Assembly: GCA_963740315.1 (NCBI GenBank) | Contig: CAVUDP010000002.1 | Coordinates: 3,328,001 to 3,392,000, forward strand | From: an uncultured cyanobacterium | Lineage (GTDB): Bacteria; Cyanobacteriota; Cyanobacteriia; Cyanobacteriales; Nostocaceae | Direction of reading: 5' to 3' | Length of the DNA: 64,000 nucleotides | In this document: one piece after another, positions 10,011 through 20,307 of the stretch | Numbering within the stretch: position 1 is the first letter of the stretch | How the letters are laid out: each line of letters begins with the position of its first letter | Program-made: the position numbers and the translations under genes | Notes under the pieces: model-generated | Database searches by the model: none | Told to the model about the DNA's origin: nothing | Seen by the model: only the letters and a program-made list of their open reading frames with translations

Positions 10011-10957
10011 AAAAAATTATTTCTATCGCTGTCAGTTTGACAATTTTGATAATAATTTACTGGAAAATAGATTTTCCTAGATTGATAGAAGTATTTCAAA
10101 ACAGCGATAAACTTTGGATGGCAATTAGTTTGAGTATGGTTGTACCTTTAACAATGTTAACAGCATGGCGATTGCAACAACTTACGCCGAGTCGTGCCCG
10201 TTTGGGATTTGGTGAAGCGAATCGTTTGATATTAGCAGCTAGCGTATTAAATATGGTTTTACCTTCAAAAATGGGGGATATAGCAAAAGCTTATTTTATC
10301 AAAGAAAAAGGACATTTAGAAGGTTCGCTGTCGTTCTCTTTAGTAGTATTTGAAAAAGCCTGCGATATGCTATCTTTGCTGCTATGGTGTGCCTTCGGAT
10401 TAACACTTTATCCTCAAAAAGACTGGTTATTTTGGATAATGACAGCAAGCGTTATCTGTGGTTTAATTATTGGATTATTATTAATTGCCTCTCGTCCATT
10501 TGCTAACTTATTATTTCAGCTTGCGGGTAGGTTCGCACCTCACAAAATTGGCTTAAAAATAGCAAAGCTGCGCGATTCTTGGAGCGAAATGCATAAGTAT
10601 TTTTGGAGAGACAAACGCCATCTATTAAAAATTACTTTGACTTCAGTTATTATTTGGTTTGGACATCTTTTACAAATATGGTTTTTCATTTTAGCACTGA
10701 AAGCTTGGGTTCCTTTTTTGGCGCATTTAGCATTAGCTCCTTTATCTATACTAGCGGGTTTGCTACCTTTAACTTTTGCCGGAGTTGGTACGCGAGATGC
10801 CGCTTTAATTGCCTTTTACGAACCATATTTAAACGCTCCTACTGCTGCGGCTTTGGGTTTACTTTGCACTTCCCGATATTTGCTCCCAGCTATTGGGGGA
10901 ATCCCCTTTTTAGGTAGATATTTAGCAACTATAAAAAAGATACGTGCTGAAAAATAA
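10007..10957 (+). CDS. lysylphosphatidylglycerol-synthase TM domain / flippase-like protein (UPF0104 type)
   Basis: LNMVLPSKMGDIAKAY, VFEKACD, LPLTFAGVGTRDAA motifs; ATG 10007 coupled to the upstream stop. Confidence 0.85.
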   Translation: MKKIISIAVSLTILIIIYWKIDFPRLIEVFQNSDKLWMAISLSMVVPLTMLTAWRLQQLTPSRARLGFGEANRLILAASVLNMVLPSKMGDIAKAYFIKEKGHLEGSLSFSLVVFEKACDMLSLLLWCAFGLTLYPQKDWLFWIMTASVICGLIIGLLLIASRPFANLLFQLAGRFAPHKIGLKIAKLRDSWSEMHKYFWRDKRHLLKITLTSVIIWFGHLLQIWFFILALKAWVPFLAHLALAPLSILAGLLPLTFAGVGTRDAALIAFYEPYLNAPTAAALGLLCTSRYLLPAIGGIPFLGRYLATIKKIRAEK

Positions 10958-10999
10958 TTGCAAATATCTATTTAGCTCTATTAAAGCGATCGAATAATT

Positions 11000-12544
11000 A
11001 TGCAGCATTTTTTAAAAAACTTAACTCCAGACAGTAAATCAGATCGAAAATATTTAAAATTATTTTCTCCTCAAAAATTATCCTGGGTTATTATTGGCTT
11101 CGGCATTCTAGTTAGACTTATACAATATCTTTACAATCGATCTTTATGGGCTGATGAAGCTGTATTAGCATTAAATATTGTCAATCGCTCCTATTTAGAG
11201 TTACTACAGCCTCTAGATTACGATCAAGGTGCGCCTTTCGGGTTTTTGATAGTTGAAAAATTGGCAATTCAACTATTTGGAAATAATGAATATGCTTTAA
11301 GACTATTTCCTTTGCTATCGGGAATCATTTCTTTATTTCTGCTTTATCGATTGGCGAAAATATTTCTTAGCGGATATGCAGTTCCCATAGCCTTAGTTTT
11401 TTTGGCTAGCCTCAGTCAGTTAATTTATTATGCAACGGAATTAAAACAGTACTCAAGCGATGTGGCTGTTGGATTATTTGCTTGTTTGCTAGTAACGGAG
11501 ATTTTTAGAAAAAAACTAACCATCAATAGAATAATATTTTTCTGTTTATTAGGAGCATTAACAATCTGGTTTTCTCATCCGGCTATTTTTGTTTTAGCTG
11601 GTTTTGGAGCTAGTTATTTGCTAACTAGTGTCTTTAAAAAGAGAAAAAGTAGCATATTTAAAATTTTACTTATATACTCATCTTGGTTAATTAGTTTTGG
11701 GCTATTTTACTTTGTTTCGGTGCAAAGTTTAAATAAAAATGACACATTAATGACATCTTGGAAAAATGCTTTTCCTAACTCTGGTTTTGATATCATTTGG
11801 CTATTTGATGCCTTTGGTAAATTTTTCTACAATCCATTAGGTTTTAGGGGAATAATGGATGGAGTTGCAATTTTTGCCTTTGTAATTGGTTGTATATCGT
11901 TATTTTATCGACAAAAAGCAAAACTGTTAATTTTACTATCTCCATTAATAGTAACTTTTTTAGCAGCTTATTTACAAAAATATCCTTTTAAAGGTCGTTT
12001 GGTTTTATTTCTGACTCCTTTTTTCATTTTGTTTATTGCTGAAGGAGTAAATTATTTGATCGGAAAAACCCGTTCCAAACCCACGCTCATCGCCGGAATA
12101 GTACTTTTAATATGCTTAGTGTTTCAACCAGTAACTCAAGCTAGTAAACTTTTAGTAAATCCAAACTGGAATGAAGAAATTAAGCCAGTAATTAGCTATG
12201 TAAAAGCCCGCGAGCAACCTTCAGATATTTTATATATTTTTCAGCGAGGACATTATCAATTTTTGTATTATGCAGAAAAATATGGTTATCAAGAAGAAGA
12301 TTACATTATTGGAGTAGATGATTTAGATGAATTTGATGGTAAAGATTTATCGGATAAAGAACGCGAAAGATATGAAAATGATTTAAATAAGCTTCGCGGC
12401 AATAAAAGAGTATGGGTACTTTTCTCTCACGCTCATAATGGTAGCGAAAATGAAATGATGAAGAGTTATTTAGATAAAATCGGTAAACAAATTGATTACT
12501 TTAAAAGCCCAGGCGCATTTGTTTATTTATACGATCTATCGTAA
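11000..12544 (+). CDS. GT39/PMT_2-like (ArnT-like) GT-C glycosyltransferase
   Basis: RSLWADE after TM1, EYALRLFP, ELKQYSSD, WFSHPA; soluble C-terminal domain. Confidence 0.82.
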   Translation: MQHFLKNLTPDSKSDRKYLKLFSPQKLSWVIIGFGILVRLIQYLYNRSLWADEAVLALNIVNRSYLELLQPLDYDQGAPFGFLIVEKLAIQLFGNNEYALRLFPLLSGIISLFLLYRLAKIFLSGYAVPIALVFLASLSQLIYYATELKQYSSDVAVGLFACLLVTEIFRKKLTINRIIFFCLLGALTIWFSHPAIFVLAGFGASYLLTSVFKKRKSSIFKILLIYSSWLISFGLFYFVSVQSLNKNDTLMTSWKNAFPNSGFDIIWLFDAFGKFFYNPLGFRGIMDGVAIFAFVIGCISLFYRQKAKLLILLSPLIVTFLAAYLQKYPFKGRLVLFLTPFFILFIAEGVNYLIGKTRSKPTLIAGIVLLICLVFQPVTQASKLLVNPNWNEEIKPVISYVKAREQPSDILYIFQRGHYQFLYYAEKYGYQEEDYIIGVDDLDEFDGKDLSDKERERYENDLNKLRGNKRVWVLFSHAHNGSENEMMKSYLDKIGKQIDYFKSPGAFVYLYDLS

Positions 12545-12603
12545 TTTTTTTCTATTTCCTATTTCCTAACCCAACGCAATTTTTAATTAATAAAGGCTGC
12601 TTA

Positions 12604-14178
12604 ATGACGAATATAACCGTACCAAAAACATTAACTAAATCGTCCCGAAAATTTAATATAGTTAAACTTATTGCAGTCATCATCGCGATCGGAATATTTT
12701 TTCGGTTTTATAACTTAGACCAGAAAACTTACTGGTACGATGAAACAATGACTTCTGTACGTATTTCTGGATACGTCAGCCCAGAATTAACAAAAGAAGT
12801 CTATAACGGTGAGGTTATTACAGTTGAAAACTTTCTACAAACTTATCAGTATCCTAACGATACCAGAAACCTCAACGATAGCATCAAAGCTTTAGCGCAA
12901 AATCCAGAGCATTCGCCTCTTTATTATTTAATGGCGCGATTTTGGCTGCAAGCATTCGGTAATTCAATATTCAATATCAGATTACTATCTGCTTTTATCA
13001 GTTTGCTGGCATTCCCCGCGAGTTACTGGTTATGCCAAGAATTATTTAATTCTAAATTGATTTCTTGGGTAGCAGTTAGCTTAATAGCTATTTCACCTTT
13101 TCATGTTTTATATGCTCAAGAAGCACGAGAATATAGCTTATGGATTGTTACCATTTTTGTTTCTTGTGCAGCACTACTTTGGGCAATTAGAAAGAAAAAA
13201 ATACTTTCTTGGGTTATTTACGGTATTACTGTATCGTTAGGACTTTATACTCATCCTTTTTCTGCATTTTTATTTATAGGACATGGTATATACGTTTTAG
13301 TTAGTGAAAGTTTCCGATTAACTAAAGCCTTAACAAATTATATACTTGCCAGTTTGTTTGGTATATTACTTTTTGTTCCTTGGCTGTTAGTTGTTATTGC
13401 TAATTTTTCCTACCTTTTAGGTAATACAGATCATGTTAATAGAATTGCCAAAGGATCTTTGCCTATTTTATGGGGGCTAAATCTTAGCCGGATTTTTATA
13501 GATGTGAACCAAGGTATTAGTCTGTTTAATCCGCTGACTTACCTGAGTCTAATTTTTGCAGTGTATGCATTATATTTTTTATGTAAAAATGCGCCAAAAG
13601 CTGGACTATTTATTATTACTTCAATAGGAGTTTTGGGAATAGCTTTAATATCTCCAGATATTATATTATCAGGTCGCCGTTCTACTATTGCACGTTATGC
13701 AACACCTTGTTATTTAGGAATTCAAATTGCAGTAGCATATTTATTAAGTACTAAATTAAAAAAAGCATATGATGATATAAAAATAAAAAAAATAAAAAAA
13801 TGGCGTAACGTTGTTGCTGTTTTGATTGTGGGCGGTATTTTATCCTGTGCGATTAGTTCTCAAGTTCCAATGTGGTGGAATAAAGGTCCTTTTAAAACAC
13901 GCCATACTCCGGAAGTAATTAGTATTATAAATCAGTCAGAAAACCCTTTAGTAATTAGCAATATTCCACCTAATCAATTACTTGGATTAACTCATCTATT
14001 GGAGAACAAAGTTCATCTTCAGTTAATATCTTCGCCAAATATTCCCCAGATACCAGCATCTTTTCAAGAAGTGTTTATTTATCGTCCTTCTGATGAACTA
14101 TTAGCGAAATATAAAACTAAATATGGTATTGATGAAATCCAGCCTTTTTTATGGAAAGTGAAAAAAAATAACTTGTAA
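12604..14178 (+). CDS. GT39/PMT_2-like GT-C glycosyltransferase
   Basis: YWYDE after TM1, EHSPLYY, ISPFHVLYAQEAREYSLW, GLYTH motifs. Confidence 0.85.
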   Translation: MTNITVPKTLTKSSRKFNIVKLIAVIIAIGIFFRFYNLDQKTYWYDETMTSVRISGYVSPELTKEVYNGEVITVENFLQTYQYPNDTRNLNDSIKALAQNPEHSPLYYLMARFWLQAFGNSIFNIRLLSAFISLLAFPASYWLCQELFNSKLISWVAVSLIAISPFHVLYAQEAREYSLWIVTIFVSCAALLWAIRKKKILSWVIYGITVSLGLYTHPFSAFLFIGHGIYVLVSESFRLTKALTNYILASLFGILLFVPWLLVVIANFSYLLGNTDHVNRIAKGSLPILWGLNLSRIFIDVNQGISLFNPLTYLSLIFAVYALYFLCKNAPKAGLFIITSIGVLGIALISPDIILSGRRSTIARYATPCYLGIQIAVAYLLSTKLKKAYDDIKIKKIKKWRNVVAVLIVGGILSCAISSQVPMWWNKGPFKTRHTPEVISIINQSENPLVISNIPPNQLLGLTHLLENKVHLQLISSPNIPQIPASFQEVFIYRPSDELLAKYKTKYGIDEIQPFLWKVKKNNL

Positions 14179-14180
14179 CT

Positions 14181-15947
14181 ATGTTAATAAAAACTTTAAA
14201 TAAAAATTTGCTGCCTGAAAATACAAAAATATCTCAAAAACAAGTATTTTTTTGGTTTAGTTTAAGTCTGATATTTGCTGCTGGTTATGCAATCTTAGCA
14301 TTGCAACAAGCCTTTTCTAGCGAGTACGTAGTCCAAGATGATGCACGACAACACGTATTTTGGATGTTAAGGTTTATAGATCCAAATCTGTTTCCTGACA
14401 ATTTAATTGCCGATTATTTTCAATCGGTAGCCCCTGCGGGATACTCCAATTTTTATCGAGCCTTTGCAGCTTTAGGAATCAGCCCATTACTGTTAAATAA
14501 ATTGCTGCCATTAGGATTAGGATTAATTGCCAGCGGCTATTTTTTTGCCTTTTCTATGCAAATATTACCGTTGCCGATTACCGCATTTATGGCAACTCTA
14601 ATGTTTAATCAAAATATCTGGAGAAAAGATGATTTAATTTCTGGCACTCCGAGAGCATTTATATATCCAATATTCTTAGCTTTTTTATATTATTTATGTC
14701 GTAAATCTTTATTTGCTTGTTTAATAACAATTGTACTTTTAGGGTTTTTCTATCCTCAATATATATTCATATGCGCGGGTATTTTAATTATCCGACTGTG
14801 GGATTGGCGTAATAAAAGGTTTCGCTTTTCACAGCAAAAGCACCATTATATTTTTTGTGCGGCTGGCTTAGGAGTAGCTTTTTTAGTGTTGCTACCCTAT
14901 GCGTTAAAAACATCTGAATACGCACCGATAATTAGCGTTGCTCAAGCAAAGCAATTACCTGAATTTTTCCCCAAAGGCAGAAGCTTTTTTTTCACAAATA
15001 ATCTGTTTGATTATCTTTGGAGCGGGCGTAGCGGAATAGTTCCAAAAAATTTATTTATTCCCGTAACTTATTTTTTCGGTTTACTATTACCTGTTTTAAT
15101 GCGGTTTCGTTCCAAATTTTCTCTACTGCGAAAAGTTACAGAAGAGATAATGATATTGCCTCAAATGCTATTGGCAGCTATTGGAATGTTTGTAGCTGCT
15201 CATCTTTTACTATTTAGACTTCATCTTCCCAGCCGTTATACGGAACATAATTTGCGAATTGTCTTGAGTATATCAGCAGCTATTGCTTTAACAGCTATTT
15301 TAAAAGCGATTCTTTCTATTAACTACAGAGAAAATAAACTTTATAATAAATTTAGACAAATTTTTGCTTTATTATTTACAGCCTGTATCTCGCTAACACT
15401 ACTATTTTACTATCCATTATTAATCCAAAATTTTCCCAAAACTGGTTATCATACGGGTAACGTACCAGCTTTATATAAATTTTTTCAGCAACAGCCAAAA
15501 GATACCCTTATTGCTTCAATAACTGAAGAAGTAAATTATTTACCTACATTTTCACAACGTTCGATTTTGATCGGTAGAGAATATGCAATTCCCTATCACT
15601 TTGGTTATTACAGTCAATTCCGTCAGCGAGTCGTAGATTTAACTCAAGCTCAATATAGCGAAAATTTAGCAGACGTAAAAACTTTTATTCAGAAATATCA
15701 AGTAGATTTCTGGTTGTTAGAATCTGGAGCCTTTACACCCGAATACATCGAAAGTAATTCTTTACTCAGACAGTATTATCAAAGTAATCTTAACCAAGAT
15801 AAGCTAGTCAAAATCACCAAAAATATATTCCAAAGCTTAAAGCAAGGGAATGTACCAGCTTTATCAAAAGTTGTACCTAATTGTAGCGCTGCGAAAATTG
15901 ATAATTTTGTAATCCTAGATGCGAAATGTATTTTAGCTAACAGTTAA
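14181..15947 (+). CDS. multi-pass membrane protein, putative GT-C enzyme (paralog A)
   Basis: VVQDDARQHVFWM after TM1, DDLISGTPRAF, LHLPSRYT, GREYAIPYH; about 11 hydrophobic segments. Confidence 0.65.
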   Translation: MLIKTLNKNLLPENTKISQKQVFFWFSLSLIFAAGYAILALQQAFSSEYVVQDDARQHVFWMLRFIDPNLFPDNLIADYFQSVAPAGYSNFYRAFAALGISPLLLNKLLPLGLGLIASGYFFAFSMQILPLPITAFMATLMFNQNIWRKDDLISGTPRAFIYPIFLAFLYYLCRKSLFACLITIVLLGFFYPQYIFICAGILIIRLWDWRNKRFRFSQQKHHYIFCAAGLGVAFLVLLPYALKTSEYAPIISVAQAKQLPEFFPKGRSFFFTNNLFDYLWSGRSGIVPKNLFIPVTYFFGLLLPVLMRFRSKFSLLRKVTEEIMILPQMLLAAIGMFVAAHLLLFRLHLPSRYTEHNLRIVLSISAAIALTAILKAILSINYRENKLYNKFRQIFALLFTACISLTLLFYYPLLIQNFPKTGYHTGNVPALYKFFQQQPKDTLIASITEEVNYLPTFSQRSILIGREYAIPYHFGYYSQFRQRVVDLTQAQYSENLADVKTFIQKYQVDFWLLESGAFTPEYIESNSLLRQYYQSNLNQDKLVKITKNIFQSLKQGNVPALSKVVPNCSAAKIDNFVILDAKCILANS

Positions 15948-16122
15948 GAATTATTAAAATTTAAATCTTCAAGGTATTAAATTAAGTAAACAAATTGACG
16001 ACTATTTAGACGATTTGTTTCTTTAATTTGTGCTGAGGTTTACATATATTTTCGACTATAAAAATGTAAAATTAGTAACAATTTATATTTTTCCCTTTCT
16101 ATCTATTGGTAAAAATAAATAT

Positions 16123-17895
16123 ATGTTGACTAACTCATCAGCTTCCAGAAGGGGTAATTCACTCACAAACAGGAATCAACCCTCGAAAAATCAAGTCATA
16201 TTTTGGTTTAGTTTAAGCATGACTTTTTCAGTTGTGTACGCAATATTGGCATTGCAGCAAGCTTTTGCTAGCGAGTACGTAGTACAGGATGATGCCAGAC
16301 AACACGTATTTTGGATGCTGCGGTATATAGATCCAAACTTGTTTCCTAATGATTTAATTGCAGATTATTTTCAGTCTGTTGCACCTGCGGGATACTCCAG
16401 TCTTTATCGAGCGATCGCCTTTTTTAATATCAATCCACTATTTTTTAATAAACTCCTTCCATTAGTTTTAGGATTATTTTCTACTGCCTACTGCTTTGGT
16501 TTTAGTTTACAACTTATACCGCTGCCATTTACCGGATTTTTAGCATCATTAATGCTCAACCAAAATCTCTGGATGAAGGATGATTTGGTTTCTGCTACAC
16601 CCAGGGCTTTTACATACCCATTTTTACTAGCATTTTTATATTATTTATCGCGTAAATCTTTGCTGCCAACCTTGGCTGCGATCGTACTTTTAGGACTTTT
16701 TTATCCTCAAGCTGTGTTTATTTGTGTTGGTATTTTAATTCTGCGGCTTTTGGATTGGAATAGTGGACGTTTTCGCTTTTCTCAACAAAAATATAATTAT
16801 TTATTTTGTGCTGTAGGAGTAGGAGTAGCATTTTTAGTTATGTTACCTTACGCTCTCAAATCATCAGAATTTGCACCAGTTATAACAGTAGCTCAAGCAA
16901 AGCAATTACCAGAATTTTGGTCGGGAGGAAGGACTACTTTTTTTAGTAGAAATACCATAAACTATTTTTTAAATGGACGTAGCGGAATATTTGCACCGGA
17001 AGTATTTTCACCTTTCACGCTTTTTACCGCATTTTTATTACCTTTATTAATGTTATTTCCGACAAAATTTCCCTTGCTAAAAAAGATTCAAAGGGAGATT
17101 GCGATCTTACCTCAAATGTTAGTTGTATCGGTAGGAATGTTTGTTCTAGCCCATATCTTACTATTTAAGCTTCATCTTCCCAGCCGTTATACCGGACATA
17201 CTTTCCGAATTATTTTAGCGACATCGGCAGCTATTGTTTTAACAGTTCTTCTGGAAGCTACTCTCTCTAACTTCAACCGAAGCGCAAACATTTATAGTTA
17301 TTTTCGCAAAATTTCGGCGCTAATTTTTGCCGGATTTATTGCTTTCTCACTGCTTTTTTATTATCCCTATTTTATCAAAAACTTTCCCAAAACATCCTAT
17401 GAAAAAGGTAAGATACCAGATTTATACGAATTTTTCCGAAAACAACCAAAAGATATTACGATCGCTTCGATCGCAGAAGAAACCAATAATTTACCCGCAT
17501 TTTCACAGCGTTCAATTTTCATAGGTAGAGAATATGCAATTCCCTATCATTTAGGTTATTACAGTAAATTTAGGCAACGAGTTATAGACTTAACTCAGGC
17601 TCAATATAGCGAAAACTTAGAGAATGTAAAAACTTTTATTCAAAAAAATGGCATAGATTTCTGGCTGTTACAATATGGAACCTTTACACCCGAATATATC
17701 CAAACAAATTCTTTACTCAAACAATATTATAGAAGCAATATTAACCAAGATAAACTAGTCAAAATAACCAAAGAGATATCCCAAAGTTTAGAGCAAGAGA
17801 AAGTACCGGCTTTATCCAAAACAATATCAAATTGCACCGCCGCAGAAATTCAAAATCTTATAGTTTTGGATGCAAAATGTATTTTAAATAATTAG
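16123..17895 (+). CDS. multi-pass membrane protein, putative GT-C enzyme (paralog B; start revised to MLTNSS)
   Basis: Colinear with 14181..15947 (same QDDARQHVFWM, LHLPSRYT, GREYAIPYH, LDAKCIL); ATG 16123 gives a matching length. Confidence 0.65.
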   Translation: MLTNSSASRRGNSLTNRNQPSKNQVIFWFSLSMTFSVVYAILALQQAFASEYVVQDDARQHVFWMLRYIDPNLFPNDLIADYFQSVAPAGYSSLYRAIAFFNINPLFFNKLLPLVLGLFSTAYCFGFSLQLIPLPFTGFLASLMLNQNLWMKDDLVSATPRAFTYPFLLAFLYYLSRKSLLPTLAAIVLLGLFYPQAVFICVGILILRLLDWNSGRFRFSQQKYNYLFCAVGVGVAFLVMLPYALKSSEFAPVITVAQAKQLPEFWSGGRTTFFSRNTINYFLNGRSGIFAPEVFSPFTLFTAFLLPLLMLFPTKFPLLKKIQREIAILPQMLVVSVGMFVLAHILLFKLHLPSRYTGHTFRIILATSAAIVLTVLLEATLSNFNRSANIYSYFRKISALIFAGFIAFSLLFYYPYFIKNFPKTSYEKGKIPDLYEFFRKQPKDITIASIAEETNNLPAFSQRSIFIGREYAIPYHLGYYSKFRQRVIDLTQAQYSENLENVKTFIQKNGIDFWLLQYGTFTPEYIQTNSLLKQYYRSNINQDKLVKITKEISQSLEQEKVPALSKTISNCTAAEIQNLIVLDAKCILNN

Positions 17896-17923
17896 CTGAA
17901 TTGGGCATTGGGAATAGTATTGA

Positions 17924-18135
17924 GTTAGTAGTTAGTAGTTAGTAGTTAGTAGTTAGTAGTTAGTAGTTAGTAGTTATGAGTTAGGAATTAGGAGTTAGGA
18001 ATTAGGAGTTAGGAATTAGGAGTAGTGCGTTAGCGCAGCGTGTCCGCCAGGACATGCATCTTGCTCGCTATTTAACTACCTCCATCTCCCCCTCTCCCCC
18101 TCTCCCCCTCTCCCCATCCCCCATCCCCCCATCCC
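17924..18135. repeat. Composite STRR: (TTAGTAG)n, (TTAGGAG/TTAGGAA)n, palindromic core with insert, C-rich arrays
   Basis: Visible arrays; related inverted copy at about 19394-19533. Confidence 0.9.
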
Positions 18136-18195
18136 TATTCTTCACGCCCCAGACAATTTATAGTTAAAGTTATCTGTCACTGATTAATAAAAATT

Positions 18196-19392
18196 GTGAA
18201 ACCTATTACTCTTATTGGTTCTACTGGTTCTATTGGTACTCAAACTTTAGATATTGTTGCTCAATGTCCCGAACAGTTTCGTATTGTCGGATTAGCCGCA
18301 GGGCGCAACGTAGAACTATTAGCAGCCCAGATTCGGCAGTTTCAACCAAGCATAGCGGCAATCTGCGATCGCGATAAATTACCGCAACTTAAAGAGGCAA
18401 TCAAAGACTTAGAAATCCAACCAACTTTATTAGCGGGAGAAGATGGTGTTATAGAAGTTGCTCGTTATGCAGAAGCTGAAACTGTAGTTACGGGTATTGT
18501 CGGTTGTGCTGGTTTACTGCCTACCATCGCTGCGATCGAAGCGGGTAAAGATATTGCTTTGGCAAACAAGGAAACTCTAATTGCTGGCGCACCAGTAGTT
18601 TTACCTTTAATTGAAAAACATGGAGTGAAATTATTACCCGCCGATTCCGAGCATTCGGCAATCTTTCAATGTCTGCAAGGTATTCCAGAAGCCGGTTTAC
18701 GCAAGATTATCCTTACAGCTTCCGGTGGTGCTTTCCGCGATTGGGATGTAGAAAAATTGGCAGATGTGACGGTTGCCGATGCCCTCAAACATCCTAATTG
18801 GTCGATGGGGCGTAAAATTACAGTAGATTCGGCAACTTTAATGAATAAGGGTTTGGAAGTAATTGAAGCGCACTTCCTATTTGGATTAGATTACGACGAT
18901 ATTGAAATAGTTATTCATCCCCAAAGTATCATTCATTCGCTGATTGAGTTGCAAGATACCTCAGTTTTAGCTCAGTTGGGTTGGGCTGATATGCGTCTAC
19001 CTTTGCTGTATGCTTTATCTTATCCAGAGCGTATCTTCACCGATTGGGAACGCTTAGATTTAGTCAAAGCAGGCTCCTTAACCTTCCGCGAACCCAATCA
19101 TCAAAAGTATCCCTGTATGAAACTAGCTTACGCTGTCGGAAAAGCTGGTGGTTCAATGCCAGCAGTTTTAAACGCCGCCAACGAGCAAGCCGTAGCTTTA
19201 TTTTTAGAAGAAAAAATTCACTTTTTAGATATTCCCCGCTGCATCGAAAAAGTTTGCGAGATCCATTCCAACGACAACCGTTCAAATCCTAATTTAGACG
19301 ACATTTTAGCAGCCGATAAATGGGCGAGACAAGAAGTAATCAAAGCTGCACAAAGTTTAGAAAACTCCCCAACGGTAGTTTCGATGCGGTAA
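18196..19392 (+). CDS. dxr: 1-deoxy-D-xylulose-5-phosphate reductoisomerase
   Basis: [58 protein letters not shown]. Confidence 0.98.
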   Translation: MKPITLIGSTGSIGTQTLDIVAQCPEQFRIVGLAAGRNVELLAAQIRQFQPSIAAICDRDKLPQLKEAIKDLEIQPTLLAGEDGVIEVARYAEAETVVTGIVGCAGLLPTIAAIEAGKDIALANKETLIAGAPVVLPLIEKHGVKLLPADSEHSAIFQCLQGIPEAGLRKIILTASGGAFRDWDVEKLADVTVADALKHPNWSMGRKITVDSATLMNKGLEVIEAHFLFGLDYDDIEIVIHPQSIIHSLIELQDTSVLAQLGWADMRLPLLYALSYPERIFTDWERLDLVKAGSLTFREPNHQKYPCMKLAYAVGKAGGSMPAVLNAANEQAVALFLEEKIHFLDIPRCIEKVCEIHSNDNRSNPNLDDILAADKWARQEVIKAAQSLENSPTVVSMR

Positions 19393-19393
19393 G

Positions 19394-19533
19394 GGGATGG
19401 GGAGATGGGGGGATGGGTAGAGGGGGTTCGGGGGAGATGGGGAGATGGGGAGATGGGGGTAGTTAAATAGCGAGCATTCCGGCTCGCACTACTCTTAATT
19501 CCTAATTCCGGTGGTCCTAACTCCTAACTCCTT
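19394..19533. repeat. Composite STRR (GGGGAGAT)n, palindromic core, (TCCTAAC)n
   Basis: Reverse complement resembles 17990-18135. Confidence 0.85.
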
Positions 19534-19535
19534 AA

Positions 19536-20033
19536 TTACTTATTTGATGCAGAAAGCCTTGCAAAAACCTCTTTCACTCCAGGAGGTAACTGACGCATTA
19601 TCTTACCTTTTTCGCGATCCATTGCCACTAAAGTAACTTTGGCGCTGACGTATAAATCTTGTGCATCGGTTGATTGAATGGCATAATCCCAGTTGATGCG
19701 AACCCCCGTTACCTCTTCCATACGAGTTTTTACTACAGCTGCCATACCCAACTGAAGCGATCGATGGTAGCGTATCGACATTTCTACTACGGGTAACTCG
19801 CAGCCTAAAGCCACTAATTCGGTGTATTCAATCCCAATTGAACGCAAGCATTCTATTCTCGCTTCTTCCATCCAAGCAATATAGGTACCATGCCACACAA
19901 CGCCAGCATAATCGCTGTGGTGAGGATGAACCCTTACAGGATATTCAAACCAATTTTCAGATGCGTGTAAATATGGATTGTCGATCGCACCAGTCGGCGG
20001 TAGTTGCGGTTGCTGTGATTTTTCTTCAGACAT
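19536..20033 (-). CDS. acyl-CoA thioesterase, 4HBT/YbgC family
   Basis: VRVHPHHSDYAGVVWHGTYIAWMEEAR hot-dog motif. Confidence 0.88.
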   Translation of the reverse strand: MSEEKSQQPQLPPTGAIDNPYLHASENWFEYPVRVHPHHSDYAGVVWHGTYIAWMEEARIECLRSIGIEYTELVALGCELPVVEMSIRYHRSLQLGMAAVVKTRMEEVTGVRINWDYAIQSTDAQDLYVSAKVTLVAMDREKGKIMRQLPPGVKEVFARLSASNK

Positions 20034-20265
20034 CTTATTTCTTTGCAGATGCTCGGTTAATTAATTTGAAGCAATACTGCCGCTATTATATGACTTGTAA
20101 CAATTTGAGGTGTTAATAAACTTATTTCCTAAAAAATTAGGTTTTTTTTGGCTAGAGCAAGATTACTGCAAATTGTCAGATGCTACCGAAATCAGCATTC
20201 GGGAAGTCCACGAGTAACAAAACAGAAAAAAAAGTCAAATATTCCCTTGGAAATATTTGAATAAA

Positions 20266-20307
20266 AGAGTATTTTAGAATACAATAAGTTTATGTAAATC
20301 CAATTAC
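20266..20307 (-). promoter_or_regulatory. candidate NtcA-activated promoter facing the thioesterase gene
   Basis: Minus strand GTA-ATTGGATT-TAC, 22 nt, TACTCT, matching GTA-N8-TAC-N22-TAN3T; AT-rich context so chance is possible. Confidence 0.35.
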
